Shown: positions 36,341-47,120 of the stretch, piece after piece
Layout: every line of letters begins with the position of its first letter
Numbering within the stretch: the stretch's first letter is position 1
Origin: Candidatus Doudnabacteria bacterium
GTDB lineage: Bacteria; Patescibacteriota; JAQUNI01
Assembly (NCBI GenBank): GCA_041644975.1
Contig: JBAZQX010000004.1
Location: forward strand, 9,189 to 73,188
Direction of reading: 5' to 3'
Length of the DNA: 64,000 bases
Position numbers and translations under genes: made by a program
Notes under the pieces: model-generated
Databases searched by the model: none
What the model was told of the DNA's origin: nothing
Seen by the model: only the letters and a program-made list of their open reading frames with translations

Positions 36341-36655
36341 TTTACACACAATCTCTTGCACTTGTAAAACTGTATACTGCGGACGAAAGCCTTGTCTTTT
36401 GGTATATCGCTTTTTCGCTTTGAATTTCAAAATATGCACTTTTTTACCTTTCTTGAGCGGCTCCAAAACCTTGACGGAAACCGAAATGCCAGAGACGCGC
36501 GGCTGGCCAACCTTAATCCCTTTATCATCCGCGTATACTAAAACATCATCCAAATTAATTGTTTCTTCTTTTTTGACATCCATTTTATCCACTTCTAAAA
36601 CATCACCCCGCGAAACCATATATTGTTTTCCCTGAACACGAATAATAGCAAACAT
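36332..36655 (-). CDS. rplU: 50S ribosomal protein L21
   Basis: MFAIIRVQGKQYMVSRGDVLEVDKM…ILKFKAKKRYTKRQGFRPQYT. Confidence 0.9.
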   Translation of the reverse strand: MFAIIRVQGKQYMVSRGDVLEVDKMDVKKEETINLDDVLVYADDKGIKVGQPRVSGISVSVKVLEPLKKGKKVHILKFKAKKRYTKRQGFRPQYTVLQVQEIVCKPR

Positions 36656-36747
36656 AAAATAAGATAAATAATGATATGGTTTAGATTATAGCAAAAAAAT
36701 AAAAATTGGTCAAATAAAAATAAAATATGCTGATCTAGAAAAGGCGC

Positions 36748-37872
36748 CTATAAAGAAGCATCGCGCCCCTCCTTACGGCGATACCGTAAAACCAAGGTTA
36801 AAGCCAGACTAACCATAACAACGACCATAATGATAAGCGCCAAAAGTTTTTCTTTAGCTTGCAAAAACAAACCCGAAACCCCAAAGGCAAAAGATAAAAA
36901 GCACAAAAAGAGCACGGCTTGACGATGGGTAAAGCCAATGCCCAAAAGACGGAAATGCAGATGTTTCGCGTCGCCCTTAAATGGCGAACGGTGCTCAAAA
37001 AAGACGCGGCGGCAAATCACCCACAATGCGTCTAAAATTGGAATCCCCATAATAAGGAGCGTGGTTGCGATTTTTCCTCCCGCTAAAATAGCAAGTACCG
37101 CAAGCATAAAACCAGCGAACGTACTCCCGCCTTCGCCTAAAAAAATCTTCGCTGGATGGAAATTCAGAACTAAAAACCCCAAGAATACGCCGGCGCAAAT
37201 TATGGATAACAGAGCCGTTTCTGGCTGGTGCACGGCTTGGCTTAAACTTAAAAAGAACAAAATAACTGCTCCAATCGTCGTAACCCCCGAAGCCAAACCA
37301 TCCAAACCATCCAGATATTTCGTAGTGTAGATCATACCCAAAATCCAGAAAAAAGCAAACAAATCCGCGAACAAAGTAAGATAATAAGGAATACCCGCTA
37401 AAGTGAAAATCTCGATTTTCACCTGATCAAAATAAAAAAGCCCGCCCAAAGGATTAGTCGCGTATTTGATACCAATGCCGGAAGCTACGATGGCGGCAGC
37501 GGCAAGGAGCGGCCAGATAAACTGCTTCCACGGTTTTAAATTGTATTTGTCGTCTAAAATCCCTCCAATCATTAAAAATAAGCCGCCTACTAAGATGCCA
37601 ATCATATTTTTCAACCTAATCGTGCCTGTGGCTAAACTATGCGTAAAAAAAAGGTAAAAGAGAACTACCAAAACAAAAGCCGCGTAAACCGCCAGCCCGC
37701 CTAAAAGCGGAATCGGCGCCTTTTGAATCTTGCGTGGTAAAATTGGGTAATCCAAAATCCTAAAACGCAAAGCCAACTTGCGCACTAAAAAAGTCAAAAT
37801 CAAACAAAGCAAAGCCCCGATGAAAAAGGGAAGAATGAAACTGGCTAAATTATAGTGCCAAATGGTGGACAT
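36748..37872 (-). CDS. MraY/WecA-family polyprenyl-phosphate N-acetylhexosamine-1-phosphate transferase (GT4)
   Basis: 10-11 TM. LDDKYNLKPW, DGLDGLASG, GDAKHLHFRL (WecA-like HLHHRL). Confidence 0.65.
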   Translation of the reverse strand: MSTIWHYNLASFILPFFIGALLCLILTFLVRKLALRFRILDYPILPRKIQKAPIPLLGGLAVYAAFVLVVLFYLFFTHSLATGTIRLKNMIGILVGGLFLMIGGILDDKYNLKPWKQFIWPLLAAAAIVASGIGIKYATNPLGGLFYFDQVKIEIFTLAGIPYYLTLFADLFAFFWILGMIYTTKYLDGLDGLASGVTTIGAVILFFLSLSQAVHQPETALLSIICAGVFLGFLVLNFHPAKIFLGEGGSTFAGFMLAVLAILAGGKIATTLLIMGIPILDALWVICRRVFFEHRSPFKGDAKHLHFRLLGIGFTHRQAVLFLCFLSFAFGVSGLFLQAKEKLLALIIMVVVMVSLALTLVLRYRRKEGRDASL

Positions 37873-37978
37873 TATAATAACTCAAAATGTAAAACTCAAA
37901 CCTCAAAACTGTAACTTGAAAATAAAAAAGCTTCGAGGTTTTAGGTTTTGACTTTTGACATTTGAGTTTTGAAATATT
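37870..37978. repeat. AT-rich word-repeat palindromic spacer (caaaac / ttgagtttt words)
   Basis: ctcaaaatgtaaaactcaaacctcaaaac … gttttgacttttgacatttgagttttgaaat are inverted. Similar at 57290-57388. Confidence 0.65.
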
Positions 37979-39568
37979 TTATACTTTCTTAAACAGCGCG
38001 CTAGAATGGGCTTTTGCATCTTTGATATTTTCGGCTTTATGTAACCGCGGTTTGGGCGTTACTAAAAAGCCCATATATTTTTTCAAGGCAAGCCGCGTCT
38101 GGGCATCAATCGCGGGCACGCTCCCAAAAAAGATGGTCACAATCGGCAAAAGGAGCCACTGCAAAACCATATAAAAATATTTATAACGCCGATGCTGCTT
38201 GGGCCGTGGCGGCACTAAAAACGTGGAAATAATCGCGGAAACGAAAATCCCAATCATAGAAAGAGTCATTAAAAGCCGCGTCAAATAGGGAAGATTGCGC
38301 GCTAAAACTGTTTCCCGAAAATCATCGCCCCCCAGAAATATAGGCATCCAACCGACGACCACTAAAATAATTGCCGTTACCGCCCAAGAATATTTCCCCT
38401 CTAACTCCCTGTAAATAATGCGCGTCTTTTTAAAAAAAGGAATGCCGCGCGTTTTTATGGAACGAAAAATCACATAAGGCAAATTTTCCACACCCCAACC
38501 CCAACGCCTCCGCTGTTTATATTGATTTACAATACTTTCCCAAAAGGATTTGCCCAAAACCGTATCCATAGAGACCGGCATATAAAGAGGAATCACGCGA
38601 TAGTTCCCGCGATAATAGAAAAAGCATTGATAGAAAATGCGCGAGTCTTCCGAGACGATATTTGTTTGCCAAAAACCGATTTCCACCGCGGTTTGGAAGC
38701 TCATCGCGTGGGAAGAAAAAGTTCCCATCCGCTCTGGCCGCTCCTGCTCCATCATATGCCAAAAGGTAGTGGAAGCGCTAGCCACGCGCGCGAGAGCCGG
38801 CGCATCCCAAAGGTTATTATTAAAGAAAGGAACGGGTTGGTAGGAAGCACGCGTCCGATTTGATGTCGCAAGATAATGATAGGCAAGACAGGAAAAATAT
38901 TTGGGGTGGACACAGGTATCGGCGTCAAAAACGGAAACGATTACATTATCATAGGGGATACCCTCTCTATCAAGCCATTTTTGGACCTCGCGACCCGCCC
39001 AAGTCTCATTAGAACCCTTGCCGGCAAGTTCGCCGATAATATCGCCAGGGTGCACCGTGACCATAAGTTTGTAAAACTCGCTGCCAAATTTTTCTTCCAA
39101 GTCCTGCGCATTTTTTAAACCGTTTTCACGATCCCTCTCTTCCACGCCGAGCACGACAATCATCTTCTTCGGGGGATAATCGGAATCCACTAGGGCTTTA
39201 AAAGTGGTTTCTAAAACCTCCAATTCTTCTTTGTAAGTAGGCAGGATAATCAAATGATAAAGCTCGCTCCATTTTTTATCACCCTGAAAACTCTGGCATT
39301 TTGAGAACCAATCCGTTTTCAAATAGCGCTTCATGCGAAAATAAGAAGCAATCTGATGGACGCAAAGATAAGAAACGCGCAAGAGCCAGTGCAAATCAAA
39401 GGCAATAATAAAAATCGCCACCCAGATAGGCTTCACAAATGAGAATATAATACAAGAAAGAAGCGTGCCCCAAGCCAAAGCCGCAGGAAGAATTTCTAAA
39501 CTGCGATAAAGGATCCGATCGCGGGGATTATCTAAACTTGTGTAGTGAGCGATACCTTTAGGGTCCAT
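37979..39568 (-). CDS. Processive family-2 glycosyltransferase (cellulose/chitin-synthase-like, QxxRW type) with flanking TM helices
   Basis: MIVVLGVEE…, VSVFDADTC (DxD), QYKQRRRWGWG (QxxRW), N- and C-terminal TM bundles. Confidence 0.7.
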   Translation of the reverse strand: MDPKGIAHYTSLDNPRDRILYRSLEILPAALAWGTLLSCIIFSFVKPIWVAIFIIAFDLHWLLRVSYLCVHQIASYFRMKRYLKTDWFSKCQSFQGDKKWSELYHLIILPTYKEELEVLETTFKALVDSDYPPKKMIVVLGVEERDRENGLKNAQDLEEKFGSEFYKLMVTVHPGDIIGELAGKGSNETWAGREVQKWLDREGIPYDNVIVSVFDADTCVHPKYFSCLAYHYLATSNRTRASYQPVPFFNNNLWDAPALARVASASTTFWHMMEQERPERMGTFSSHAMSFQTAVEIGFWQTNIVSEDSRIFYQCFFYYRGNYRVIPLYMPVSMDTVLGKSFWESIVNQYKQRRRWGWGVENLPYVIFRSIKTRGIPFFKKTRIIYRELEGKYSWAVTAIILVVVGWMPIFLGGDDFRETVLARNLPYLTRLLMTLSMIGIFVSAIISTFLVPPRPKQHRRYKYFYMVLQWLLLPIVTIFFGSVPAIDAQTRLALKKYMGFLVTPKPRLHKAENIKDAKAHSSALFKKV

Positions 39569-39626
39569 AAAGAAAATGTAAAATTGAAAATGAAAAATGT
39601 AAAATAATATTTGAGATTCTACATTT

Positions 39627-40040
39627 TTATTGGTTGATATAAATCAAGCTTACTGCCCCGATTAAAACAAAAATTTGCACCGTGAACGCGGTTAAAAGTA
39701 AAATATAATTTACAAGACGATCTTTCAAATAAAACCAAAAGCCGAGGACAAAATTCATTAAAATAATGAAGAGCCCAATTAAAGGGAGGGTAAAAATACG
39801 GCGATAGGAACCAATTAAGTCAATACCAAAATAGATATTATAATGAAGAGGAATGGGATATTCCGAGGGTTTGATAAAATAAGCCAAAAAAATCCAACTT
39901 AAAATGTTAAAAAATAAGCTCCCGAAAAAAAATCCTAAATTAGTTTTATTGCGCCAAAATTGGGCGCGAAAAAAGCTCTGGACATAAGCCAGGAAACGGC
40001 TAAAAATATTTAGTTTTTCTTGATTTTGGACCTCTTGCAT
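39627..40040 (-). CDS. Hypothetical integral membrane protein (4 TM)
   Basis: Hydrophobicity only. Confidence 0.45.
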   Translation of the reverse strand: MQEVQNQEKLNIFSRFLAYVQSFFRAQFWRNKTNLGFFFGSLFFNILSWIFLAYFIKPSEYPIPLHYNIYFGIDLIGSYRRIFTLPLIGLFIILMNFVLGFWFYLKDRLVNYILLLTAFTVQIFVLIGAVSLIYINQ

Positions 40041-40234
40041 CTTGCTATAACTATATCTAAAAAAGCCTTAAAAGTAAACCCCGTTAGATGTTTACTATCT
40101 AACAGGGTAAACAAAATATTGACAAATAAAAATAGCTGTGCTTTAATGTAGTTTCTCCCCCAAATTGATCTTTTATCAAACAAGTTTCCTGATTTTGGGA
40201 GAAGATTGGGAAAAATCATACGGAGGAATGAGAG

Positions 40235-41161
40235 ATGGCTGAACAGAAATATGTTATTGGAAGATTGGTGGCTGAAGTGAATGATAATGGCGCAATAAAT
40301 GGTGAATTAACCGATCTTACAGTTTATGAAGGAAGACGACCAGCAAAAGCCGAAGACTTTGGCGCAGATCCCGAGCAAATTGCTTTACTGAATTCCAGAA
40401 TTCCTCGTGCGAAAATCAACACTTTAGTGCGTCCCGGTGTTGGTGCGGGGATAATCTTATTTAGTCTCTATACCTTAAGACTAACACAGGAAAAATGGAT
40501 GGAAAAATTTATGATGAATGTTAAATCTCTGAAACAGAAAGCAATTATTGGTCCTCGCCGTAATATTAGAGCAGGAGGCACTTGGCTGGTGCAAGATACC
40601 TGTGCTGGGATCTTGGAAGAAAAAGATTTTATCGCAGGAGCGATAAAGGAAATGGTGGAAATTGGATTTTATGATGTTGATGGTTGGCTAAAATATATAT
40701 TGCCAGTAGAATATTCACAGTATCAAGATATGCTAGATCAAGAACAGAAAAGTGTTTGGCAACTTTTCGGCGGTCCTGATTTTAAACCAATTAAGGAGGA
40801 AATGGTAAATATATTAAAAGCGCGAGATAGCCTTAATGGTTTTTCTGTGATACTGTCCGGGGAAGAGAATTCTGGAAGCGCTGAAATTACACTACTAACT
40901 TCAATAAGTCTGCCAATAATAGAAAAAGGTTGGCTAATAACAGATCTGGAAACCGGTAGCGATGATGAAAGAGGAGAATTTTTACTAAACAGGAAGGTGT
41001 TGGTTATAGCAGAAAGACAAATGAAAACCCCTATCCAGATTGGATTTGGAGATGAGGGGATGGATCTTGATTATCCAGCTATAGCCATGGAGGGTGAGAA
41101 TCTTTTACTGAATACAAATGCTAAGGTGCGCTCAATGATGGCGTATCTAGGTTGGATCTAA
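40235..41161 (+). CDS. Hypothetical protein (308 aa ORFan)
   Basis: No recognised motif. Confidence 0.45.
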   Translation: MAEQKYVIGRLVAEVNDNGAINGELTDLTVYEGRRPAKAEDFGADPEQIALLNSRIPRAKINTLVRPGVGAGIILFSLYTLRLTQEKWMEKFMMNVKSLKQKAIIGPRRNIRAGGTWLVQDTCAGILEEKDFIAGAIKEMVEIGFYDVDGWLKYILPVEYSQYQDMLDQEQKSVWQLFGGPDFKPIKEEMVNILKARDSLNGFSVILSGEENSGSAEITLLTSISLPIIEKGWLITDLETGSDDERGEFLLNRKVLVIAERQMKTPIQIGFGDEGMDLDYPAIAMEGENLLLNTNAKVRSMMAYLGWI

Positions 41162-41221
41162 GAATCTGTAGAAGACTTTGGTTCAAGTCGGGAGACTTGA
41201 ACCAATAAAAGGAGTAAGAAA

Positions 41222-41752
41222 ATGAGAATGACAAAAGTGAAGAAAACGCAAGATTTCGGCTTAATCGGCTTAATCAGAGTAGAAAATGTAGGAGACAAAT
41301 GGGAAATTTTCGATAGAAACAAAGGTGAGTATATCGGGAAAGACTACGATCAGGTTTATAAACCAATAGTACATAATCAACGATATGCAATGGCTTTTAT
41401 AAAAGATGGGGATACGAGTATAATATTTGACGGCACACCTTTAAATGCAGGTTACGTTAAAATTAAAGGATTACAATTCAGCCCGGATGGTAGGCGTATC
41501 GGTTACATAGGAATGTTGAAAACGGGAGAATTTGTAGCAATGAGCCATGCAGATCCTCATTATGGATCTTCCAAAGGATATTTTCAGTCTGATCCTTCTA
41601 AATCAATTACGAACTTAAAGATGCGGAATGACGATATATCCTTCGATATAAGAAAAAAGGGTGGTAAAAAACGGGGTTATAGTATTGCTTTAGCGAAACT
41701 AAAAGAAGAACCTGACGACACAGACTGGGATGCAGTATTCCATAAAAAATAA
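41222..41752 (+). CDS. Hypothetical protein (176 aa ORFan)
   Basis: SD AAGGAG upstream, followed by a terminator. Confidence 0.45.
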   Translation: MRMTKVKKTQDFGLIGLIRVENVGDKWEIFDRNKGEYIGKDYDQVYKPIVHNQRYAMAFIKDGDTSIIFDGTPLNAGYVKIKGLQFSPDGRRIGYIGMLKTGEFVAMSHADPHYGSSKGYFQSDPSKSITNLKMRNDDISFDIRKKGGKKRGYSIALAKLKEEPDDTDWDAVFHKK

Positions 41753-41761
41753 TTTCAATGA

Positions 41762-41791
41762 CTGAAAAATCTAGACTGATTTAAAAATCAG
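41762..41791 (+). terminator. Intrinsic terminator (agactgattt-aaa-aatcagtct + TTTTTTT)
   Basis: 10-bp perfect stem + T-run. Confidence 0.7.
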
Positions 41792-41975
41792 TCTTTTTTT
41801 ATATTTTCGATTTCATAACCCACCCCTACCCTCCCTTATCAGGGAGGGAGTAAAACAATTGCTGAAAAATAATACGTAGTTTATAATAAAGATGAAGATA
41901 AAAATTATCAATGAGATTGCTTCGTCGTCCCTCGGCAAGCTCGGGACTTCTCGCAATGACAGTATAAAATAAACA

Positions 41976-43595
41976 ATGCACACAAAAAGTAAAATCACCA
42001 TAGTTTTATTTTTATTGATTTTGATTCTCGCTGGCATCTTCCGTTTTTGGCAAATCCGGGATCTCCCTGGCGGACTCTACTCGGATGAAGGCGCGAACGG
42101 GTTGGATGTTTTGGATATCTTATCCGGCAAGAACCGCGATGTCTTTTATGAGCGCAACTACGGTCGGGAGGGATTATTCTTCTACCTGCTCGCTCTCTCG
42201 GTTAAAATTTTTGGCATTGGTGTCTGGCAAATGAAAATCGTCTCGGGGATTTTAGGGATCCTCACGATTATTGGCCTTTATCTCTTGACCAAAACACTTT
42301 TTAACCGCACGATCGCGCTTTTAGCCTCTCTATTTGCCGCGGTGTCTATTCCTTATACTTTTTTGAGCCGCGTGGCTTTCCGCGCCAATATGCTGCCTTT
42401 TGTCTCGGTTTTTCTTTTTTATTTCTGTGTTAAGACCCTTAAAGATAAAAAGGATGAATACTTTTATTCTTTTTTAGCCGGCATCTTCTTAGCCTTAGGA
42501 TTTTATACCTATATCTCCTTCCGCATTGTCCCCTTCTGCATCATCGCTCTCATCATCCTATTTGAAATTATTTCCCGCCGCACTGGCAACCCAAAAGGAT
42601 TCATTGTCCCCCACCGTAAACAAATTTTCACCGCTCTTATCGCTTTTCTGATTGCCATCGCGCCTCTTGCCTTCTATTTCTACCAACACCCATCTTCTTT
42701 CTTCGGCCGCGCCAATGATGTTTCTATTTTGAATCCCAATCTAGCGCATGGCCCTTTTTATTATCTCCTCCGCAATATTGGCATTACCGCAATTATGTTT
42801 AATGTTTATGGCGATGCCAATTGGCGCCATAACCTTTCGGAAGCGCCATTTTTTGACCCCGTGACTGGCGTTCTTTTTTTAGTCGGCTTGATCATCGCAG
42901 CGACTATATTTTTAAAAACAGGCTTAAAAGTTTTAAAACATAAAGACATCGCTTTGCGCGAAACCTTTGCCGGCTATCTTCTTATTTTTGGCTGGTTTTT
43001 CAGCCTCCTTGTTCCGATGATGGCGACAGAAGAAGCAATCCCGCATTTCTTGCGCAGCATTGGTATTATCCCTGTCGTGTTTATTTTTCCCGCTTTGGGT
43101 CTGCGCGCCCTTTTCTTACGCATCCGCTACCGACCAGTGATGCTCGGCTTTCTGCTCCTTCTTTCAGTTGTCTTTGTGGTCAACTATAATCTCTGGCTAT
43201 ATTTTCAAGTAGCTAAAAATGCTTACGGATATTATACCTCCTATTATGGCGATTTAACTTTGGCAAGTCGCTACATCAACGAAATTAATGCGAGTAATGC
43301 TAAATTCCCTACCATTAACAGCGCCAACACTTTCCTTGTGCTTGATGACAAAGCTGACCGCACAGTCCGCTTCTTGACTGCGCCCGCGAATCCTTATATT
43401 TTAATACCAATAAACGCAGAGATAAAAACGACCTATCCCGAGAGCGCAAGAATTATCTTTCCCTCTTTAAGTTTCAATCGCTTGGCTTCCTTCCAGAACA
43501 TTTTCCCGGAAGCGAGATTAATTTATGAAGAATACAATCGGTTTGGGGAAAAAGCATTTGAAGTATACACAATAATTTTTAATTCTAAATTTTAA
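41976..43595 (+). CDS. GT-C membrane glycosyltransferase, family 39/83-like (ArnT/PMT-type)
   Basis: LYSDEGANGLDVLDILSG (DE motif in first extracytoplasmic loop), more than 10 TM. Confidence 0.65.
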   Translation: MHTKSKITIVLFLLILILAGIFRFWQIRDLPGGLYSDEGANGLDVLDILSGKNRDVFYERNYGREGLFFYLLALSVKIFGIGVWQMKIVSGILGILTIIGLYLLTKTLFNRTIALLASLFAAVSIPYTFLSRVAFRANMLPFVSVFLFYFCVKTLKDKKDEYFYSFLAGIFLALGFYTYISFRIVPFCIIALIILFEIISRRTGNPKGFIVPHRKQIFTALIAFLIAIAPLAFYFYQHPSSFFGRANDVSILNPNLAHGPFYYLLRNIGITAIMFNVYGDANWRHNLSEAPFFDPVTGVLFLVGLIIAATIFLKTGLKVLKHKDIALRETFAGYLLIFGWFFSLLVPMMATEEAIPHFLRSIGIIPVVFIFPALGLRALFLRIRYRPVMLGFLLLLSVVFVVNYNLWLYFQVAKNAYGYYTSYYGDLTLASRYINEINASNAKFPTINSANTFLVLDDKADRTVRFLTAPANPYILIPINAEIKTTYPESARIIFPSLSFNRLASFQNIFPEARLIYEEYNRFGEKAFEVYTIIFNSKF

Positions 43596-43778
43596 ATTTT
43601 TCCGCCCAAGGCGGATCAGCTCTTCGAGTCTGAAGACTCATCAGAGTCTGAACGACCTAGGGCTGAAAATCAATTTGAAAATCCAAATTTTAAATTTTTT
43701 AATTTTAAAACTTTTTTTGTTTTAGAATTTAAAATTAAAGCATTTAAAATTGAATTAAAATTAAGAATTAAAAATTTT
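43596..43778. repeat. AT-rich word-repeat spacer (aattttaaa words) containing a GC-rich palindromic insert ggatcagctcttcgagtctgaagactcatcagagtctgaacgacc
   Basis: The insert (43613-43657) recurs inverted at 61197-61240. Matching aattttaaa spacer at 45531-45662 flanks the other side of the GT39 gene. Confidence 0.7.
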
Positions 43779-45530
43779 ATGTCTAAACTGACTAAAATTC
43801 TCCCCCCTCTCTTAATTATCATAATGGTCTTGATCTCTTTCTTCTCCGTCCGCCAGGATTCCGCGATTATGGACGAGGTCGCCCATATCCCTGCTGGCTA
43901 TTCCTACCTTAAATATCAAGATTACCGCTTAAACCCCGAGCATCCCCCTTTAGCGAAAATGCTGGCTGCTCTTCCTCTCCTTTTCTTGCACCTCCAATTC
44001 CCCTTAAATCATCCCTCTTGGACAACCGATGTGAATGGTCAATGGGAAGCGGGATATCAATTTTTATACCACCTTGGCAATGACGCGGATAAAATACTCC
44101 TCTGGTCGCGCCTGCCGATCATCGCTCTTTTAATTTTGCTGGGGATCTATGTTTGGAAATGGGCGAAAGAACTTCTGGGAGCAAAATGGGCGCTTGCGGT
44201 TCTGTTTTTATATACTTTCTCTCCCACGATCATTGCCCATAGCCACTATGTGACCACTGATTTGGCCGCGACATGCTTTATCTTTATCGCCTTTTATTAT
44301 TTTGTTCATTATTTAAAAAAACCGAGCCTTAAGAATACTCTCTTGGCTGGTCTTGCTCTGGGTTTAGCCGAGGTCGCTAAATTTTCGGCGGTTCTTCTTT
44401 TCCCGTGTTTTGTTCTTCTTGCCCTTGTCTCTCTCCTTTTGAACAGGCCTCCTCAAACCTCGTGGCTCAAGCAAACAAAAAACCATATCGGCAAATTTAT
44501 TCTGATTTGTTTGATTGCGCTCGGAGTAATCCTCATTGTCTATCAACCCGCGGTCTGGGCTTTCAATTTAGAAAAACAACAAGAGTTAATCCGCGGTTCT
44601 ATCGGGCCGGAAAAAATTGAAAATATTGTGCTCGCTATAAGTAAAATCCCAGGCGCCCAAGGCCTTGCTCAATACATCTTGGGTATTGTGATGGTCTTTG
44701 CCCGCGTGGGAGGCGGCAACACCAATTACTTCTTAGGTCAGGTTTCTAATCAAGGGTGGTGGTATTATTTCCCAACCTGTTTTTTTCTAAAAGAAACAAT
44801 TTCGGTCTTAATCTTAACGGGATTAGCTTTGCTTTTTGTGATTCGTAAATTTGCCACCAATCTCGTAAAAGATCGTTCGCGCAAATGGCTTCCTTGGCTT
44901 AGGGAATACGCGCTTTGTCATCTGGCGGAAATCTCAATGGTAGTTTTTATCATTGTTTATGGGGTGGTCAGTATGAAGGGCAAACTGAACTTAGGTGTCC
45001 GCCACATTATGGTCCTTTTCCCCTTTATCTACATTTTAATCATTAAAGAATTTAAACGGCGTACAGCAGAAACCGCCTACAAAAAACTTTTCACAGGAAT
45101 ATTAATTGTTCTCCTTGTTTGGGTTGGCGTGGAAGTCACGATAAATTATCCTTCGTACCTTGCTTATTATAGCGAACTCACTGGCGGCTCAAAGAATGGT
45201 TACAAATTTATCACGGATTCCAATCTGGACTGGGGGCAGGATTTAAGACGTATGGCGGAATGGGTGAACGCTAACCCTGATATCCAAAAGATTAAAGTGG
45301 ATTATTTTGGCGGCGGAGTACCCTCTTATTATCTTGGCGATAAATATCAAGAATGGCATTCGCAGAATGGACCAACAACGGGTTGGATTGCTGTCAGCAC
45401 CAACTATTTTTCTGAAAGTATTTATCGCAAAGATTCCACCCTTGCCACCTCTTATTACTATCTGGAATTAAGAAAGCCCGAAAAAATCTTCGGGCATTCC
45501 ATATTTGTGTATTATATACCAGAAAAGTAA
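43779..45530 (+). CDS. GT-C membrane glycosyltransferase, family 39-like (PMT_2-type)
   Basis: MDEVAHIPAGYSYLK…NPEHPPLAKMLAALPLL, C-terminal SNLDWGQDLRRMAEWV. Paralog of 13374-15269. Confidence 0.65.
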   Translation: MSKLTKILPPLLIIIMVLISFFSVRQDSAIMDEVAHIPAGYSYLKYQDYRLNPEHPPLAKMLAALPLLFLHLQFPLNHPSWTTDVNGQWEAGYQFLYHLGNDADKILLWSRLPIIALLILLGIYVWKWAKELLGAKWALAVLFLYTFSPTIIAHSHYVTTDLAATCFIFIAFYYFVHYLKKPSLKNTLLAGLALGLAEVAKFSAVLLFPCFVLLALVSLLLNRPPQTSWLKQTKNHIGKFILICLIALGVILIVYQPAVWAFNLEKQQELIRGSIGPEKIENIVLAISKIPGAQGLAQYILGIVMVFARVGGGNTNYFLGQVSNQGWWYYFPTCFFLKETISVLILTGLALLFVIRKFATNLVKDRSRKWLPWLREYALCHLAEISMVVFIIVYGVVSMKGKLNLGVRHIMVLFPFIYILIIKEFKRRTAETAYKKLFTGILIVLLVWVGVEVTINYPSYLAYYSELTGGSKNGYKFITDSNLDWGQDLRRMAEWVNANPDIQKIKVDYFGGGVPSYYLGDKYQEWHSQNGPTTGWIAVSTNYFSESIYRKDSTLATSYYYLELRKPEKIFGHSIFVYYIPEK

Positions 45531-45662
45531 ATTTTAAATTCTTAATTTTTAATTTTAAATCAATTTTAAATGCTTGAATTTTAAATTTTAAAACAAAGAA
45601 TAAAAAGTTTTAAAATTAAGGATTTGAAATTTGGATTTGATTTAAAATTTAGAATTTAAAAT

Positions 45663-46715
45663 TTATTTATAATACACCAATCCCTGCACTCTCAAATCAA
45701 TATAGTATTTAATTTCTTTATTATTTTTCCCAATATCCTCTTTAAAAACTAAGGTTAAAGCTTCAAGTTGGTTTTGCAGGCTCTGTTTAGTATCAAAAAA
45801 TATTTGATAACCTTTGTCCGTTTTGATATATAAGTCGCGGGAATCAGAGATCGGCACAATGAATTCTTGGACTTTCAAATCCGTCTTTAAAGATAACAAA
45901 TCCTGCACTTGAAAAAGAAAACGCAAGAAAGAGGGATCTAAAATCTGCTCACGCGGCTCTACTTTTTTAAAAGACTGGTCATAAAGAACGGGTAATCCCT
46001 TTTCCCATACCGTTTCCTCGGGAATTTCCTCGCCAATTCTTCCCTCTGCATCTAAAAAGTAATAAAGAATAGTGGGATTTTCGGGATAGGAGGTTTGAGT
46101 CAAGATGGCTTGCGACTCCTTATCTTTAACTTCCCCGATTTCCTCCCTACTCGTAGAATCACTGGCAAAAGCTTCAGGGGGTAAAAATAAATCCTGCGGC
46201 GCGCCATTTGCCCAAATCGCTTTCGGCTCCCTCTCGGTAATGGTAATCTTTAAAACATCCGGAAATTCTTTTTTAATGTCTATTTTCTCAATCTGGGCAA
46301 AATGGTCATAGATTACGCTACTTAAATGCTTTTTACCGGCAATGATCAGATTTTCTTTGGGAAAAATAAAAGCGCGTCCCTTTAAATTCTCTCGCGCCAA
46401 CTTTTCCACATCTTCACCCTTGACATTAACATTGCCCACCACTACGATCTCCTTGATTTGCCAGAACGGAAAAAAGAATAAAAAATAAACGAGCGAACCT
46501 AACGCAAGCAAAAAAAGAAAAAAGGCAATTTTCCGCTGCAAATGTCCCGAAGACTCGCGGGCGCGAAAACGAGGAGTCGCGAGATAAATCCTGGGGCTCG
46601 CCAGGGTCCGCTTTTTCCTAAAAAACCCGCGCTTCCACTCCACTCTCCTTTTGCGGGATTTTTGTTTATACGGATTTAAGTATAATTTTTTGCGGCTGGG
46701 TTTGTGAGAAAACAC
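45663..46715 (-). CDS. ftsQ: Cell-division protein FtsQ/DivIB-like (TM + POTRA)
   Basis: Basic N-terminus, single TM, POTRA-like QIKEIVVVGNVNVKGEDVEKLA. Confidence 0.55.
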   Translation of the reverse strand: MFSHKPSRKKLYLNPYKQKSRKRRVEWKRGFFRKKRTLASPRIYLATPRFRARESSGHLQRKIAFFLFLLALGSLVYFLFFFPFWQIKEIVVVGNVNVKGEDVEKLARENLKGRAFIFPKENLIIAGKKHLSSVIYDHFAQIEKIDIKKEFPDVLKITITEREPKAIWANGAPQDLFLPPEAFASDSTSREEIGEVKDKESQAILTQTSYPENPTILYYFLDAEGRIGEEIPEETVWEKGLPVLYDQSFKKVEPREQILDPSFLRFLFQVQDLLSLKTDLKVQEFIVPISDSRDLYIKTDKGYQIFFDTKQSLQNQLEALTLVFKEDIGKNNKEIKYYIDLRVQGLVYYK

Positions 46716-46829
46716 TTGACAAAATGCTAAGGTTTATTATATAATATTAATTCGCTCTTTGATGGTACATTCTACATTTAGTTGCGCTTTGAACAGTTAT
46801 AAAAAATCCTAATTATAAGGAGAGACGCT

Positions 46830-47120
46830 ATGTCTTTTAATAACGATATATATGATAGTTTTGGGGATATAATAATACCCCAAGAGAAGAAAAAAGTCGT
46901 AGCAGAAAAATTAGAAGGGATTACACAAGAAATAGAAGAACTCTCTGCTAATTTGGTGCAACTCAACTCTGTGGAATTGTTAAAAGAGATCCTTTCCCTC
47001 CTTAAGCAAGGAAAGCGAGGAGAAGCAGAGGAAACCATTGGAAAAGCATGGACAACTCTGGAACGTGAGTATTATAGTCTCGCGGAAGGATCCTCTCTTA
47101 TCCCTACTGAAAAGAAATAA
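46830..47120 (+). CDS. Hypothetical small protein
   Basis: 96 aa, no motif. Confidence 0.35.
   Translation: MSFNNDIYDSFGDIIIPQEKKKVVAEKLEGITQEIEELSANLVQLNSVELLKEILSLLKQGKRGEAEETIGKAWTTLEREYYSLAEGSSLIPTEKK

Noticed and set aside
41813-42037. 74-aa minus-strand ORF
   Set aside because: Overlaps the start of the GT39-like gene and a terminator; no SD.
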